Shown here piece after piece: positions 45,332 to 54,735 of a DNA stretch of 64,000 bases. Made by a program: the position numbers and the translations under genes. This DNA is from an uncultured delta proteobacterium. GTDB taxonomy: Bacteria; Desulfobacterota; Binatia; Binatales; Binataceae. The notes beneath the pieces were generated by a model, which searched no databases, was not told where the DNA came from, and saw nothing but the letters and a program-made list of their open reading frames with translations. Location of the stretch: assembly GCA_963815255.1 (NCBI GenBank), contig CAWFGH010000011.1, positions 1,002-65,001 of the forward strand. Reading direction: 5' to 3'. Each line of letters starts with the position of its first letter. Within the stretch, counting starts at the first letter, position 1.

Positions 45332-46106
45332 ATGTCCATACGGCTTCGTCAGATCTGCCTGGTGGCGAAAGAGCTCGCGCCGGTGATCGATGACTTCAAG
45401 GCTATCTTCGCCGTCGATGTCTGCTTCGTGGACCCAGCGGTAGCGGTGTTCGGCCTGGAGAATTCGCTGATGCCGATCGGCGGCAACTTTCTCGAGGTCG
45501 TCGCACCGATCAAAGAGGACACTGCCGCCGGACGCTACCTCAAACGCCGCGATGGCGACGGCGGCTACATGGTCATCTGCCAGTGCGACACGCATGAGAC
45601 GCAACTCGCGCGCAAAGCCCGCGCCGCCGCGCTCAACGTGCGGATCGCGTGGGAGCACGAGGGCAAGTCCTTTCACGGCATGCAACTGCATCCGGCCGAC
45701 ACCGGTGGCGCGTTTTTCGAGATCGACTGGGACGCGATGGGTGAGCCCGAAGGCCACTGGACGCCCGCCGGTGGCAGCGAATGGGTCAGCCGGATGCATA
45801 CCGACGTCGTCAAATATTTCAGCGCGGTCGAGATGCAATCGGCCGACCCGCGCGGGCCTGGCCGAGCGCTGGAGCGGCATCGCCGAACTTCCGCTGCGCA
45901 AGGATTCCCGAGGGCGTCTTGAGATGCCGCTCGAAAACGCAAGCGTGCGCTTTGTCGAGGCGACTGACGGCCGCGGGGAGGGTCTCGGCGGCGTCGACAT
46001 TGTCGTGCCCGATCGCGCTCGCGTGTTGACGGCCGCGGCCGCGCGCGGACGCAAAATCAGCGACGACCAGGTGACGATCTGCGGCGTACGCTTCAACCTG
46101 TGTTAG
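45332..46106 (+). CDS. VOC (glyoxalase/dioxygenase-like) family protein; +1 frameshift about 45845-45858
   Basis: GGGAGG RBS. MSIRLRQICLVAKELAPVIDDFKAIFAV...GGNFLEVVAPI...YMVICQCD...MQLHPADTGGAFFEIDW.... After ...VEMQSADP the sense continues in the +1 frame: AGLAERWSGIAELPL...VRFVEATDGRGEGLGGVDIVV...ICGVRFNL (ORF 45552..46106). Confidence 0.7.
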
Positions 46107-46181
46107 GCCCGGCTCGATTGGCGGCTATGCGAGGCGAGGGCCGGATAGGAAATCGATCAACGTGAGTGAGGGTTTACTACG

Positions 46182-46946
46182 ATGAGCGCGGTGAAGTTTG
46201 AGACCGAAGATTCGTTGGCAATCGTCACCCTCAATCGCCCGGACGTCCGCAACGCGATCGACCGCCCTACGGCCGAAGCGCTGGCCGAGGCCTTTCGCCG
46301 TTTCGAGCGCGAGGACGCGCTCGCCGTAGCAATCCTGACCGGCGCCGGAAATTGTTTCTGCGCGGGCGCCGACCTGAAAGCGGTCTCCACGAGCGCGGGA
46401 AACCGGCTCGCCGCGGACGGCGACGGTCCGCTCGGCTGCACTCGAATGCTGCTTCGAAAACCCGTCATCGCGGCGGTGGAAGGATACGCGGTTGCGGGCG
46501 GCCTCGAACTGGCACTGTGGTGCGACCTGCGGGTGGCGGCGCGCGATGCCGTATTCGGCGTGTTCTGCCGGCGCTGGGGCGTGCCACTGATCGACGGCGG
46601 CACTATCCGGCTTCCGCGGCTCATCGGGATGAGCCACGCGATGGATATGATTCTTACCGGACGCGGCGTCAGCGGCGATGAGGCATTTCGTATGGGACTT
46701 GCGAATCGGGTCGTTGAACGTGGCACGACGCTCGCCGCCGCAAAGGAACTAGCCGCCCAACTCGCGGCCTTTCCGCAGCGCTGCCTGAGAAGCGATCGCT
46801 TGTCCGCATACGAAGGGTGGACGCTGCCGCTTGATACGGCGTTGCACAACGAGTTCGGTCACGGAATAGCGACAGTCCAGTCGGGCGAGACGCGCGCGGG
46901 CGCCGCGCGCTTCGCCACCGGCGAAGGCCGCCACGGGAAGTTCTAG
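46182..46946 (+). CDS. Enoyl-CoA hydratase/isomerase (crotonase) family protein
   Basis: LAIVTLNRPDVRNAID...AILTGAGNCFCAGADLK...PVIAAVEGYAVAGGLELALWCDLRVAA..AVFG. Confidence 0.9.
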   Translation: MSAVKFETEDSLAIVTLNRPDVRNAIDRPTAEALAEAFRRFEREDALAVAILTGAGNCFCAGADLKAVSTSAGNRLAADGDGPLGCTRMLLRKPVIAAVEGYAVAGGLELALWCDLRVAARDAVFGVFCRRWGVPLIDGGTIRLPRLIGMSHAMDMILTGRGVSGDEAFRMGLANRVVERGTTLAAAKELAAQLAAFPQRCLRSDRLSAYEGWTLPLDTALHNEFGHGIATVQSGETRAGAARFATGEGRHGKF

Positions 46947-46953
46947 GCGGCAC

Positions 46954-47310
46954 CTATCGGCCAGGCCATTTCGGATTGTTTATCGCCAGCGCGTCGGCCA
47001 GCGACTGGCGCAAATGCGCTCGCAACTCCGCGTCGTTCAAATCAATCGCGCCGCGGCGAATCAATTCCGACAGTTCCCCGCTTAAGGTTTCAGTGTCGCC
47101 GTCGTGCCCCACCAGCGCGCGAAGACGCTCACGCTCCGCCGCCGATTGCGGCTCGCGCAATTCGAGTTCCCGCCGAACAATATTCAGCACGTTCGCCGTG
47201 ACCCGGGTTTGAAAGCGATGATATCCGGTCAAAGTGGGAAGCAACTCTTCTTCGAGATACTTCACCGCCGCGGCGAGAAGAATAGGCGCGCTCGGCATAC
47301 TCTGTGGCAT
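46954..47310 (-). CDS. DUF6285-like small protein (partner of the adjacent phosphotransferase)
   Basis: ...PSAPILLAAAVKYLEEELLPTL.GYHRFQTRVTANVLNIVRRELEL... plus the conserved ACAD-kinase-small-protein gene order. Confidence 0.6.
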   Translation of the reverse strand: MPQSMPSAPILLAAAVKYLEEELLPTLTGYHRFQTRVTANVLNIVRRELELREPQSAAERERLRALVGHDGDTETLSGELSELIRRGAIDLNDAELRAHLRQSLADALAINNPKWPGR

Positions 47311-47339
47311 TGCATTTCCTCTTTAGCTGTACTCACTGA

Positions 47340-48341
47340 CTATTCGCGCCCTTCAATCAAGTTGAAGAAGTCCCATAGCGGCTCTTCGATACGCCTTCCG
47401 ATCGCGGAGCGCTCGATACCGACCTCGCCGACGCCGCGCGTCCCCAAAAGCAGGCAATCGACCGCCCACTTGACGTTGCCGAATGCCTCCCAGAACCTGA
47501 CGTGCCCGGGATCGACCGGATGACCGCTCGCCCTCTCGTAAGAGGCAAAAAGATCTTCACGCGATCCAAACCCGCCGACCGGCCTGGCACCGCCGAAACG
47601 CCACGTCCTGATGCACAGCCATCCGAGGTCCTGCATCGGGTCGCCAGTCTGCGCGAGTTCCCAATCGAGAACGCAGCGGATGCCTTCCTCGCCCACGATC
47701 ATGTTGCCCGTGCGAAAATCGCCGTGCAGGACGGTATGGCGCTGATTGCGCGGCACGTTCTCGGCCGCCCATCGCAATGCGAGGTCGAGCGCGGGCAGCC
47801 TGAAGTTGTAGTTGTCGACGATCCTGCGATGCGCGGCGACGTGTTCGGCGGCGTCCTGGCGCATCAGGAATGGCGCCTCGGCAAAGTCGATCCGATGAAT
47901 CGCGGCGAGAATCTCGCCGCATTGCCGCGCCATCACGCTCCGCGCCGCCGCGTAACGCTCGTCGCGCACGATCCGCGTGCCGAGCGTCTCTCCGGCGACG
48001 CGTTCCGTGATGTAGCCTTCACCTAGGCCGTCTGCGGACTCCAGAATCGCGACCACGCGCGGCGCCGGAGCGCCCGCGCGCGCGGCCGCGATCATCAGGC
48101 GCGCCTGCTCTGCGGGCGTTGTTTGCGGTGCGATTCCCGCGACGGGATCGAAAGTCTCGCTGCCGAGCTGAATGATGAATTGCCGACGCGGTCCAACTGC
48201 GTCGGCGTCGCTCGCACTAAACGACATCGTCGTCCGATTCGCGCCGCCGGTCAGACGCTGCAAGTCATGCACTTTTGCGGGCTTGCCCGTATGGCGTGCG
48301 AGCGCCGTCTCGAGCCGGGTCAAAAACGCGTCATCGCTCAT
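47340..48341 (-). CDS. Phosphotransferase (APH/ChoK-like kinase) family protein of the acyl-CoA-dehydrogenase-associated type
   Basis: ...LQRLTGGANRTTMSF...VLHGDFRTGNMIV (catalytic loop)...CVLDWELAQTGDPMQDLGW. Confidence 0.85.
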   Translation of the reverse strand: MSDDAFLTRLETALARHTGKPAKVHDLQRLTGGANRTTMSFSASDADAVGPRRQFIIQLGSETFDPVAGIAPQTTPAEQARLMIAAARAGAPAPRVVAILESADGLGEGYITERVAGETLGTRIVRDERYAAARSVMARQCGEILAAIHRIDFAEAPFLMRQDAAEHVAAHRRIVDNYNFRLPALDLALRWAAENVPRNQRHTVLHGDFRTGNMIVGEEGIRCVLDWELAQTGDPMQDLGWLCIRTWRFGGARPVGGFGSREDLFASYERASGHPVDPGHVRFWEAFGNVKWAVDCLLLGTRGVGEVGIERSAIGRRIEEPLWDFFNLIEGRE

Positions 48342-48369
48342 GCATTACGTCCGCAGGCGTGGCGCCTGT

Positions 48370-49665
48370 CTACTCACTCGATCTGTCTCTCGCCCTATCG
48401 CTCGCCCTGTCCCGGCTGCCGAAACCGAACATCACCTGCGCGACGCGCCGCATCTGTATCTCCTCCGCGCCTTCGGTAATTCGATAGCGGCGATGATGCC
48501 GGTAGATGTGCTCGAACGGTTTGTGGCGCGAATAGCCCAGCCCGCCATGGACCTGCATCGCGCGATCGGCAGCCTCGCAAACCAGCCGGTTCGCGCGATA
48601 GTTGCACATCGCCACCTTGTCCGACAGTTTCTCCGCCACCTCGGGCTTGGACATCTGGTCCATCTCCCACGCCGTCTTATGAATCAGCGCGCGGAGCATC
48701 GCAGCCTCGGTCTGATGCTCGACCAGCGGCCACTGAATGGCCTGGTTGGTGGCGAGCGGCTTGCCGAAGGGCTTGCGCTCCTTGGCATACTTGACGCTTT
48801 CGTTGATGCAATACTGCGCGGCGCCGAGCGAGGAGGCCGCCTGGCGGATGCGATTCTCGTGTACGAAGTGCTGCGCGACTTCCAGCCCGTTTTCCGGATC
48901 GCCAAGCGTCGCGTCGCCCGGAACGTACACGTCGGTAAGCGAGATTCGCGGATGGTCGGTCGGCATGTTGAAGGTCCAGAGATATTCCTCGATTTTGAAA
49001 CCCTCGCTCTTCACGGGAACGATGAAGCAGGTGATGCCCTTGGCGCCGCCGTCACGTCCGCTGGTCCGCGCGAACACGAAATCATGCGTCGCGACGTGCA
49101 GTCCCGTGTTCCAGATTTTTGCGCCGTTGATACGCCAGCCGTCGCCTTCGCGCACGGCGCGCGTCTCCATCCAGGTGGCGTCGGAACCGTGATTCGGTTC
49201 GGTAAGGCCGAACGCGACGCTAATCGAGCCGTCCAGGATTCGCGGGATGAACGCTTCCTTCTGCTCGCTGGTGCCAAAATCGCGGAACATCAGGACCGTC
49301 GGCAGGTTGCCGACGATCGAGCTCTCGTTCTGAAGATCGTTGTGCAGGCCGAGCCCCTTGGCCGCGAGGTGCTCGCGTATGATCGCCATCGCGAGGTTGG
49401 AGCCGTCCTTGCCGCCATACTCCCTGGGTAGCGCGAAGCGATAGTGCCCGGCGCGGTCGGCGCGCCGGCGCATCTCGGCCAGCAGATCCTCCCATTCATG
49501 GCGCGGCAGTCCGCCGCGTTCGAAGTCGGTGCGCGCCCATTCGCGGCGATGGTCGAAGAAGCGGATGTTGTCGTTTTCGCGTTCGAGCGGCTTGATTTCG
49601 CGCTCGATGAACTGGTCCAGTTCGGCAAGGTACGCGGCAATTTCCGAGGGAATTTTGAAATCCAC
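48370..49665 (-). CDS. Acyl-CoA dehydrogenase family protein
   Basis: ...AFGLTEPNHGSDA...RINGAKIWNTG...ASSLGAAQYCINESVKYAKERKPFGKPLATNQAIQ...YRITEGAEEIQ. Start is GTG 49665 after AGGAG. Confidence 0.9.
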   Translation of the reverse strand: MDFKIPSEIAAYLAELDQFIEREIKPLERENDNIRFFDHRREWARTDFERGGLPRHEWEDLLAEMRRRADRAGHYRFALPREYGGKDGSNLAMAIIREHLAAKGLGLHNDLQNESSIVGNLPTVLMFRDFGTSEQKEAFIPRILDGSISVAFGLTEPNHGSDATWMETRAVREGDGWRINGAKIWNTGLHVATHDFVFARTSGRDGGAKGITCFIVPVKSEGFKIEEYLWTFNMPTDHPRISLTDVYVPGDATLGDPENGLEVAQHFVHENRIRQAASSLGAAQYCINESVKYAKERKPFGKPLATNQAIQWPLVEHQTEAAMLRALIHKTAWEMDQMSKPEVAEKLSDKVAMCNYRANRLVCEAADRAMQVHGGLGYSRHKPFEHIYRHHRRYRITEGAEEIQMRRVAQVMFGFGSRDRASDRARDRSSE

Positions 49666-49917
49666 GGCGGCGCTCCTGGGGCAATATTCCCGAAGCGTCC
49701 TGCACACTCATCGAACAGAACGGCGGGACGCCCGGGCCTCGCCCAGAGTACGCAAACCGGACGCCGTCAAACAAACCCTGCGCCAATGGTGCCTGCTCGT
49801 GCCGCTTCGGGGTGGCGATTCGAGGCCTTTTTTCCGGTGGCATTTTGGAATCAAGTGGACGTATTATCCGACCAACTATGGCCAAATATGGCAGCTCCCG
49901 TTGGAGGTAGACCGGCG

Positions 49918-51145
49918 ATGAAGTTCATGTACTTTTTTCTTCCCTCGATCCCCGCAACTCTCGAAGAGCGGCGCGCGCTACGCCCGATCGCGAACCGTAC
50001 CGACCGCTGGCAGCGCATGATCGAAGAGGTGGTGGAGATCGCCCAATTGGCGGAGGAAGTGGGCTTCGACGCGGTCTGTTTCCCCGAGCATCACTTGCAC
50101 AGCGAAGGCCTGGAGATGGGCAGCCTGCCGGTGCTGACACAGCATGTAATCCACAACACCAAGCGCATCAAGGTCGGCCCGATCGGCTACGTTTTGCCGG
50201 GATGGAACCCGCTGCGCCTCGCGCTCGAAATCGCATGGTTGGACCAGTTGACCAAGGGCCGGACCTTCGTCGGCTTCGCGCGCGGTTACCAGCCTCGATG
50301 GCTCAACCAAATGGCGCAGAAGATTCATGTGACCGCAACCGCCAGTGACAAAAGCGAAACCGACCGCATCAATCGCGAGGCGTTCGAGGAGGTATTCCGC
50401 TTTCTCAAGCTCGCCTGGGGCGACGAGCCTTTCCGCTTCAAGGGCAAGTACTACGAATATCCCACGCCGCAGGAGGGCATCCAGTGGCCGCCGCACAAAT
50501 GGACGCGCGAGTACGGCTTCCCGGGCGAGGTCGACGAACAGGGACGCATCCAGAAGATCAACGTCGTGCCGAAGCCCTATCAGAAGCCGCATCCTCCACT
50601 GTTCCAGGCTTTTTCGATCAGCGAGGAAACGGTGCGCTGGTGCGCGCGCGAGGGCATCACGCCGACCATCCTGATCTCGCAGCCGCCGCTGCTGCGCAAG
50701 CTGGTCGAGGCGTACCAGGAAGAGGGAAAAAAGGCCGGCCGTCAGCTAAAGCTGGGCGAGAGCGTCGGCGTGCTCCGCGCCGTGTATCTGGCGGACAATC
50801 ACGCGAAGGCGGAGAAACTGGCCGAGGAAGGAGTAATCGGAACTGCCTTCCGCGAATTCTTCTATCATTTCGGTTTCTTCGAAGCCTGGCGCGAGGCTGA
50901 AGACGACGCTTAAGTACGGCAAAAAGATGCTGCCGGCCGAGGAAGCGACGATCGCGCGCATGGAGCGGGCGGACTTCGCCTACCTGGGCACCGTCGACGA
51001 CGTGCGGCGCAGGATGGACGCGCTGGTCGAGAACGCGCATCCGGAATGGTTTGTCTGGCAGGGCGACCAGGGACTGCTGCCGAAAGCCGAGGCCAGGAGG
51101 CAGGTCGAGGTTTTCGGCAAGGAGTTGCTCCCGCGGTATAAGTAA
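49918..51145 (+). CDS. LLM-class flavin-dependent oxidoreductase, paralogue 2; +1 frameshift about 50908-50912
   Basis: GGAGG RBS. MKFMYFFLPS...FDAVCFPEHHLH...PIGYVLPGWNPLRLALEIAWLDQLTKGRTFVGFARGYQPRW...YQKPHPPLFQAF.... The in-frame TAA at 50911 cuts off a C-terminus that continues in the +1 frame: LKYGKKMLPAEEATIARM...LGTVDDVRRRMDALVE...FGKELLPRYK (ORF 50927..51145). This is colinear with paralogue 1. Confidence 0.8.
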
Positions 51146-51313
51146 GCCGCCAACGCGCTCCTCTTTTTATGCCCTCGCCTCGTAAAGGGAGAGGGTCGAG
51201 GTTAGGGGGCAAGAATCAGAACAAGGAAGCGCCGAGAGGAAAGACCTCCGGCGCTTCCTCGCTCGACCCGCTGATTTTGCGGGATACGATTGCCTTCATC
51301 GACCAGTCGCCTG

Positions 51314-52324
51314 TTAGTTCGAATCCCCTTTCATCCCTTGGTAGGTCCGCCACACATTCCAGCGATGCACGCCGGCGCGGAACGCTACGAATTTAGCTGC
51401 CCAAGGCGAGTCGGAGCCTGCGGTGTCTTGCGTGTATTGCTGCCCGAGCGGAGTGGCGGCTATCGCTTCCTCCAAGTTCTGGCCAGCCCGGACAGCTTTT
51501 CGTACAGATTCAATCAACTCACTCAGATAGGGCAGGTAACGGCCAAAGATCGCCCCCGAACTCAACAACCCATGGCCAGGAATGATTGTCGTCACCTCGA
51601 GCGTGTGCGTGAACTTTGCCATTGTCTCCAGGTATTCGCCGGCCCCACCCTCGATCAGAAACGGAATGCTCCCTTCGCCCACGATCAGATTGCCCGTCCA
51701 GGCGGCGCGCGCCTCGGGCACGAAAACGACTGTGTCGCCGGGAGTATTGCCGTGACCGAAGTGGTAGAGCTCCACCACCCGGCCGCCCAAATCCAACTCC
51801 AGGTACTCATCGAGGACCAAATCCGGGAGGCGCAGTTGTACATCGCCGAACACCGTGGGGTCGTTGTCCACGGCCGCCAGCAAAAACTTTTTCTCTCGCT
51901 CAAAATCCCGCATTATCTCGGCGGTTTTCTGCTGGGCTACGATCAACGTCTCCTGGGGGAAGGCATAGTTCCCGAACGTGTGGTCGCCATGGTAGTTGGT
52001 GTTGACCACGTAGAGGATGGGTTTGTCGGTTACCTGCCGCACGGCGGTCTGGATCAGCCCGGCCATCGTTCCATTGATGTGCGCGTCGATCACGAGGACG
52101 CCATGCTCGCCCACTACAAAGCCACTGTTGTCCACTGGCGGCTTGCTGGAAAGCAGGCCGTAGATGCCAGGTGCTAGCTCCTTCGTCTCGAGCCGTGCCC
52201 CGGTGGGCTTGATCGGCGGCGGGATAAAACCCAGTGCGGCCTGGGTCAGCACCTCTGGCGGTGCCAACACCGCCGGGATCAAAGGACCTAACCCCGCGTG
52301 AGCTGTCTTACTAATGCCCTTCAT
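51314..52324 (-). CDS. MBL-fold metallo-hydrolase with an N-terminal signal-like region
   Basis: ...GVLVIDAHIN...ILYVVNTNYHGDHTFGN (HxHxDH-type motif variant)...YHFGHGNTPGDTVV...IIPGHG. Confidence 0.8.
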   Translation of the reverse strand: MKGISKTAHAGLGPLIPAVLAPPEVLTQAALGFIPPPIKPTGARLETKELAPGIYGLLSSKPPVDNSGFVVGEHGVLVIDAHINGTMAGLIQTAVRQVTDKPILYVVNTNYHGDHTFGNYAFPQETLIVAQQKTAEIMRDFEREKKFLLAAVDNDPTVFGDVQLRLPDLVLDEYLELDLGGRVVELYHFGHGNTPGDTVVFVPEARAAWTGNLIVGEGSIPFLIEGGAGEYLETMAKFTHTLEVTTIIPGHGLLSSGAIFGRYLPYLSELIESVRKAVRAGQNLEEAIAATPLGQQYTQDTAGSDSPWAAKFVAFRAGVHRWNVWRTYQGMKGDSN

Positions 52325-52370
52325 AATTGACTCCTGTGTTTTAGTGTCATCGGATTCTTACAAACGGTTC

Positions 52371-52748
52371 TCAACAAATTGCATTCAGGCTCGGTGAAAT
52401 GGCGTCTGTGTTTGCCGTGTCACTCTCAGAGATTCTCTGGAATGGATCTGGTATCACTCTGCTTCGTGATTCGAAGCGGGGCAGATGAGGCTTGCGCAAG
52501 TATCCAGGCAATCGCTCGTCGGCATCGATTTGCGCGGGCAGGAACTGGGACCCGCGCCATTGCCGCTCGCGTTCCCAGTTTTCTGAAGCGGAAAACTCTT
52601 CTCGCGCCACATCTGGGCACTGTTCGATAACGTTCACCGCCTCGAGCTGAGTCTGCGGTCCCGTAGCGTCCGAGTTGAATCGCAAATCGCGACTGATTTG
52701 GCCGTTCGCGAATTGGCCTTTGTTGTCATTATGAATGATGTCGTTCAT
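52371..52748 (-). CDS. Hypothetical protein (orphan, in a visibly AT-richer segment)
   Basis: ORF 52371..52805. ATG 52748 gives MNDIIHNDNKGQFANGQISRDL.... No family recognised. A perfect 14-bp palindrome lies just upstream. Confidence 0.35.
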   Translation of the reverse strand: MNDIIHNDNKGQFANGQISRDLRFNSDATGPQTQLEAVNVIEQCPDVAREEFSASENWERERQWRGSQFLPAQIDADERLPGYLRKPHLPRFESRSRVIPDPFQRISESDTANTDAISPSLNAIC

Positions 52749-52958
52749 TATTCTTCCGGTAATGCTTGTATATACAAGATGCGTACCAAAATGATTCGCG
52801 CGCAAAAGAGACGGCTCGATTCGTCGAACCAGACCCGCCCGCCGGTCAGGCGCCCGGATTAAAGATGCGCGTGAACAAGAGCCGAGAGCTGCTAGTGAGC
52901 GGCTACGTGGCGAATGGCAGAAACTTCGATGGGAGGTAAAGAAGCAGGCGATCGCGGA

Positions 52959-53987
52959 TCATCGCAGATGCGGCAGGACCTCCTCGCCGAAAAGCTGGAG
53001 GCATTGCATCGTCTCGGCGCGGCGCGGACCAAGCGGTACGCGGCTTCGGATGATTAAGTAGTCGGCGCCCAGCGCGTCGCACCAGTACTTCGCGCGTTCG
53101 ATGCAGGTCGGCGGATCGCCAAGCACCAAAAACTTGCGCATCTTGGCCACCGTGAAATCCGATTCGCTCTGGAACTCCGGATTCGGCGTCAACAGGCCGT
53201 AGCGATAGTAGTAGAGCATGTCCTGAACCCACAGCTCGCCAAAAGTGCGCTCCGCCTCCTCCTGCGTCCGCGCGACCCATCCGTCGCGCATCAGCACGAC
53301 CATCGGCCGCCGTCCATGCTTCGCCGCTTCCTCGCGATAAATATCAGCTTGGGATCGCAGGGTCTCGAACGAATCCCAAAACGGCAGGATCGCCCACGCG
53401 TCGCCCAGGCGTCCAGCCCGCTTGATAGCCTCCGGGTAGGCCGCACCAATCCAGAGTGGCGGACCGCCGCTCTGATACGGCTTCGGCGAGAGCAGCACGT
53501 CGTCGAAATGATAGCGCTTGCCATGGAATGAGTATTTGCCGGGGCTCGACCAAGCTCCGCGAAGAATCTCGATCGACTCCTCGAAACGCGAGAAGCGCTG
53601 CTTGTGCGGCTCGCCGAATAAATTGAAATAGTCTGGATGATAGCCCATCCCCACTCCGAGCCGGACCCGTCCGCGCGACAGGTTATCGACCATCGCCACG
53701 TCTTCTGCGAGATGCATCGGATTGTACAACGGCGGCTGCAACACCATCGTGCCGAGATCGACCAGCCTGGTGCGCGCGGCCAGCGCCGCCATGATGATCA
53801 GCGGCGGTGGAAATAAGCACTCGGTGCGGGCGTGACGTTCCGGGAAGAAAACCCCGTCGAAGCCGCTGCGCTCGGCCTGCTCTCCCTCCTCGAGCAGTTG
53901 CTCGGCGAAGTCGGCGACCGTCTCGCGCGAGGGCAGCGGCTGATCGTACTCTCCGCTGTGCGTATCGGGCATGTATCCGATCTTCAT
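52959..53987 (-). CDS. LLM-class flavin-dependent oxidoreductase (third, shorter type)
   Basis: MKIGYMPDTH...FDGVFFPERH...LGTMVLQPPLYNPMHLAEDVAMVDNLSRGRVRLGVGMGY... Confidence 0.85.
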   Translation of the reverse strand: MKIGYMPDTHSGEYDQPLPSRETVADFAEQLLEEGEQAERSGFDGVFFPERHARTECLFPPPLIIMAALAARTRLVDLGTMVLQPPLYNPMHLAEDVAMVDNLSRGRVRLGVGMGYHPDYFNLFGEPHKQRFSRFEESIEILRGAWSSPGKYSFHGKRYHFDDVLLSPKPYQSGGPPLWIGAAYPEAIKRAGRLGDAWAILPFWDSFETLRSQADIYREEAAKHGRRPMVVLMRDGWVARTQEEAERTFGELWVQDMLYYYRYGLLTPNPEFQSESDFTVAKMRKFLVLGDPPTCIERAKYWCDALGADYLIIRSRVPLGPRRAETMQCLQLFGEEVLPHLR

Positions 53988-54014
53988 GACTACCTCCTGC
54001 GAAAGGATCTGGTC

Positions 54015-54719
54015 CTACCAGATTCCGGGCACCCACCGGTAACGCACCGCGTCTGCGTACGCCGAATATCCTTTGAGGTTGTTTTTAAGAAAGCGATCTT
54101 CGGCGACGGTGCGGCGGAGGAGCAAGGGGATGCACGCCACGGCAGGCAGCATCGCGAGCCACGACCCCAGCGCGATTCCGCTCGAGAGGCAGAACCCCAA
54201 TCCTGCGATGTAGCCGGGATGCCTGACCCATCGATAGGGCCCGCCGGTTACCAACTCGTGCCCGCGATCCTCCTGCAAGCGGATTACCGAAGAGAAAAAG
54301 CGATTGGTTCGCATCGCCCAGATGATCAACGCGAGCGCTGAAGCGAAGATCGCGAGACCGGCAATCTGAAGGGCTGGCGGAACGGAATCGGACCAGTGGA
54401 ATCGACCGACATCAAGTCCCGCGATGCACCAGTGCACCATCGGCGGCAGCAGCAACCCGTAGTATCGGAACTTAAGTGGCTGTCCGCCGGGCCGTGCGCG
54501 CTCCCGGAAAAGCTCCGGTTCGATAACCAGCGTGGCCACGGTGAAAGACACTACGCAGACGATTAGGTACGCCCAAAAGAACGGGATATCTAATCTGCCG
54601 GCGCATCCGAAAAGCAGCAGCCCGATAAGCGCGCAAAAGCCGAGCGACTGCGAAATCCAGACAAGTCTGGACGAAGAAAACGAACTCCTCGCGGGCATTC
54701 CGCGCGACGTCCTGCGCAA
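54015..54719 (-). CDS. Isoprenylcysteine carboxyl methyltransferase (ICMT/PEMT-like) family membrane methyltransferase
   Basis: Multi-TM. ...LVTGGPYRWVRHPGYIAGLGFCL...LLLRRTVAEDRFLKNNLKGYSAYADAVRYRWVPGIW. Confidence 0.8.
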   Translation of the reverse strand: MRRTSRGMPARSSFSSSRLVWISQSLGFCALIGLLLFGCAGRLDIPFFWAYLIVCVVSFTVATLVIEPELFRERARPGGQPLKFRYYGLLLPPMVHWCIAGLDVGRFHWSDSVPPALQIAGLAIFASALALIIWAMRTNRFFSSVIRLQEDRGHELVTGGPYRWVRHPGYIAGLGFCLSSGIALGSWLAMLPAVACIPLLLRRTVAEDRFLKNNLKGYSAYADAVRYRWVPGIW

Positions 54720-54735
54720 ATCGACGGCGCCGCAG

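Noticed and set aside
51169-51396. 75-aa ORF starting MPSPRKGRGSRLGG..., downstream of the LLM gene.
   Set aside because: It starts in a GC-rich REP-like palindromic sequence (CCCTCGCCTCGTAAAGGGAGAGGGTCGAGG) of a kind often mis-called as ORFs. It also overlaps the 3' end of the convergent MBL hydrolase gene.
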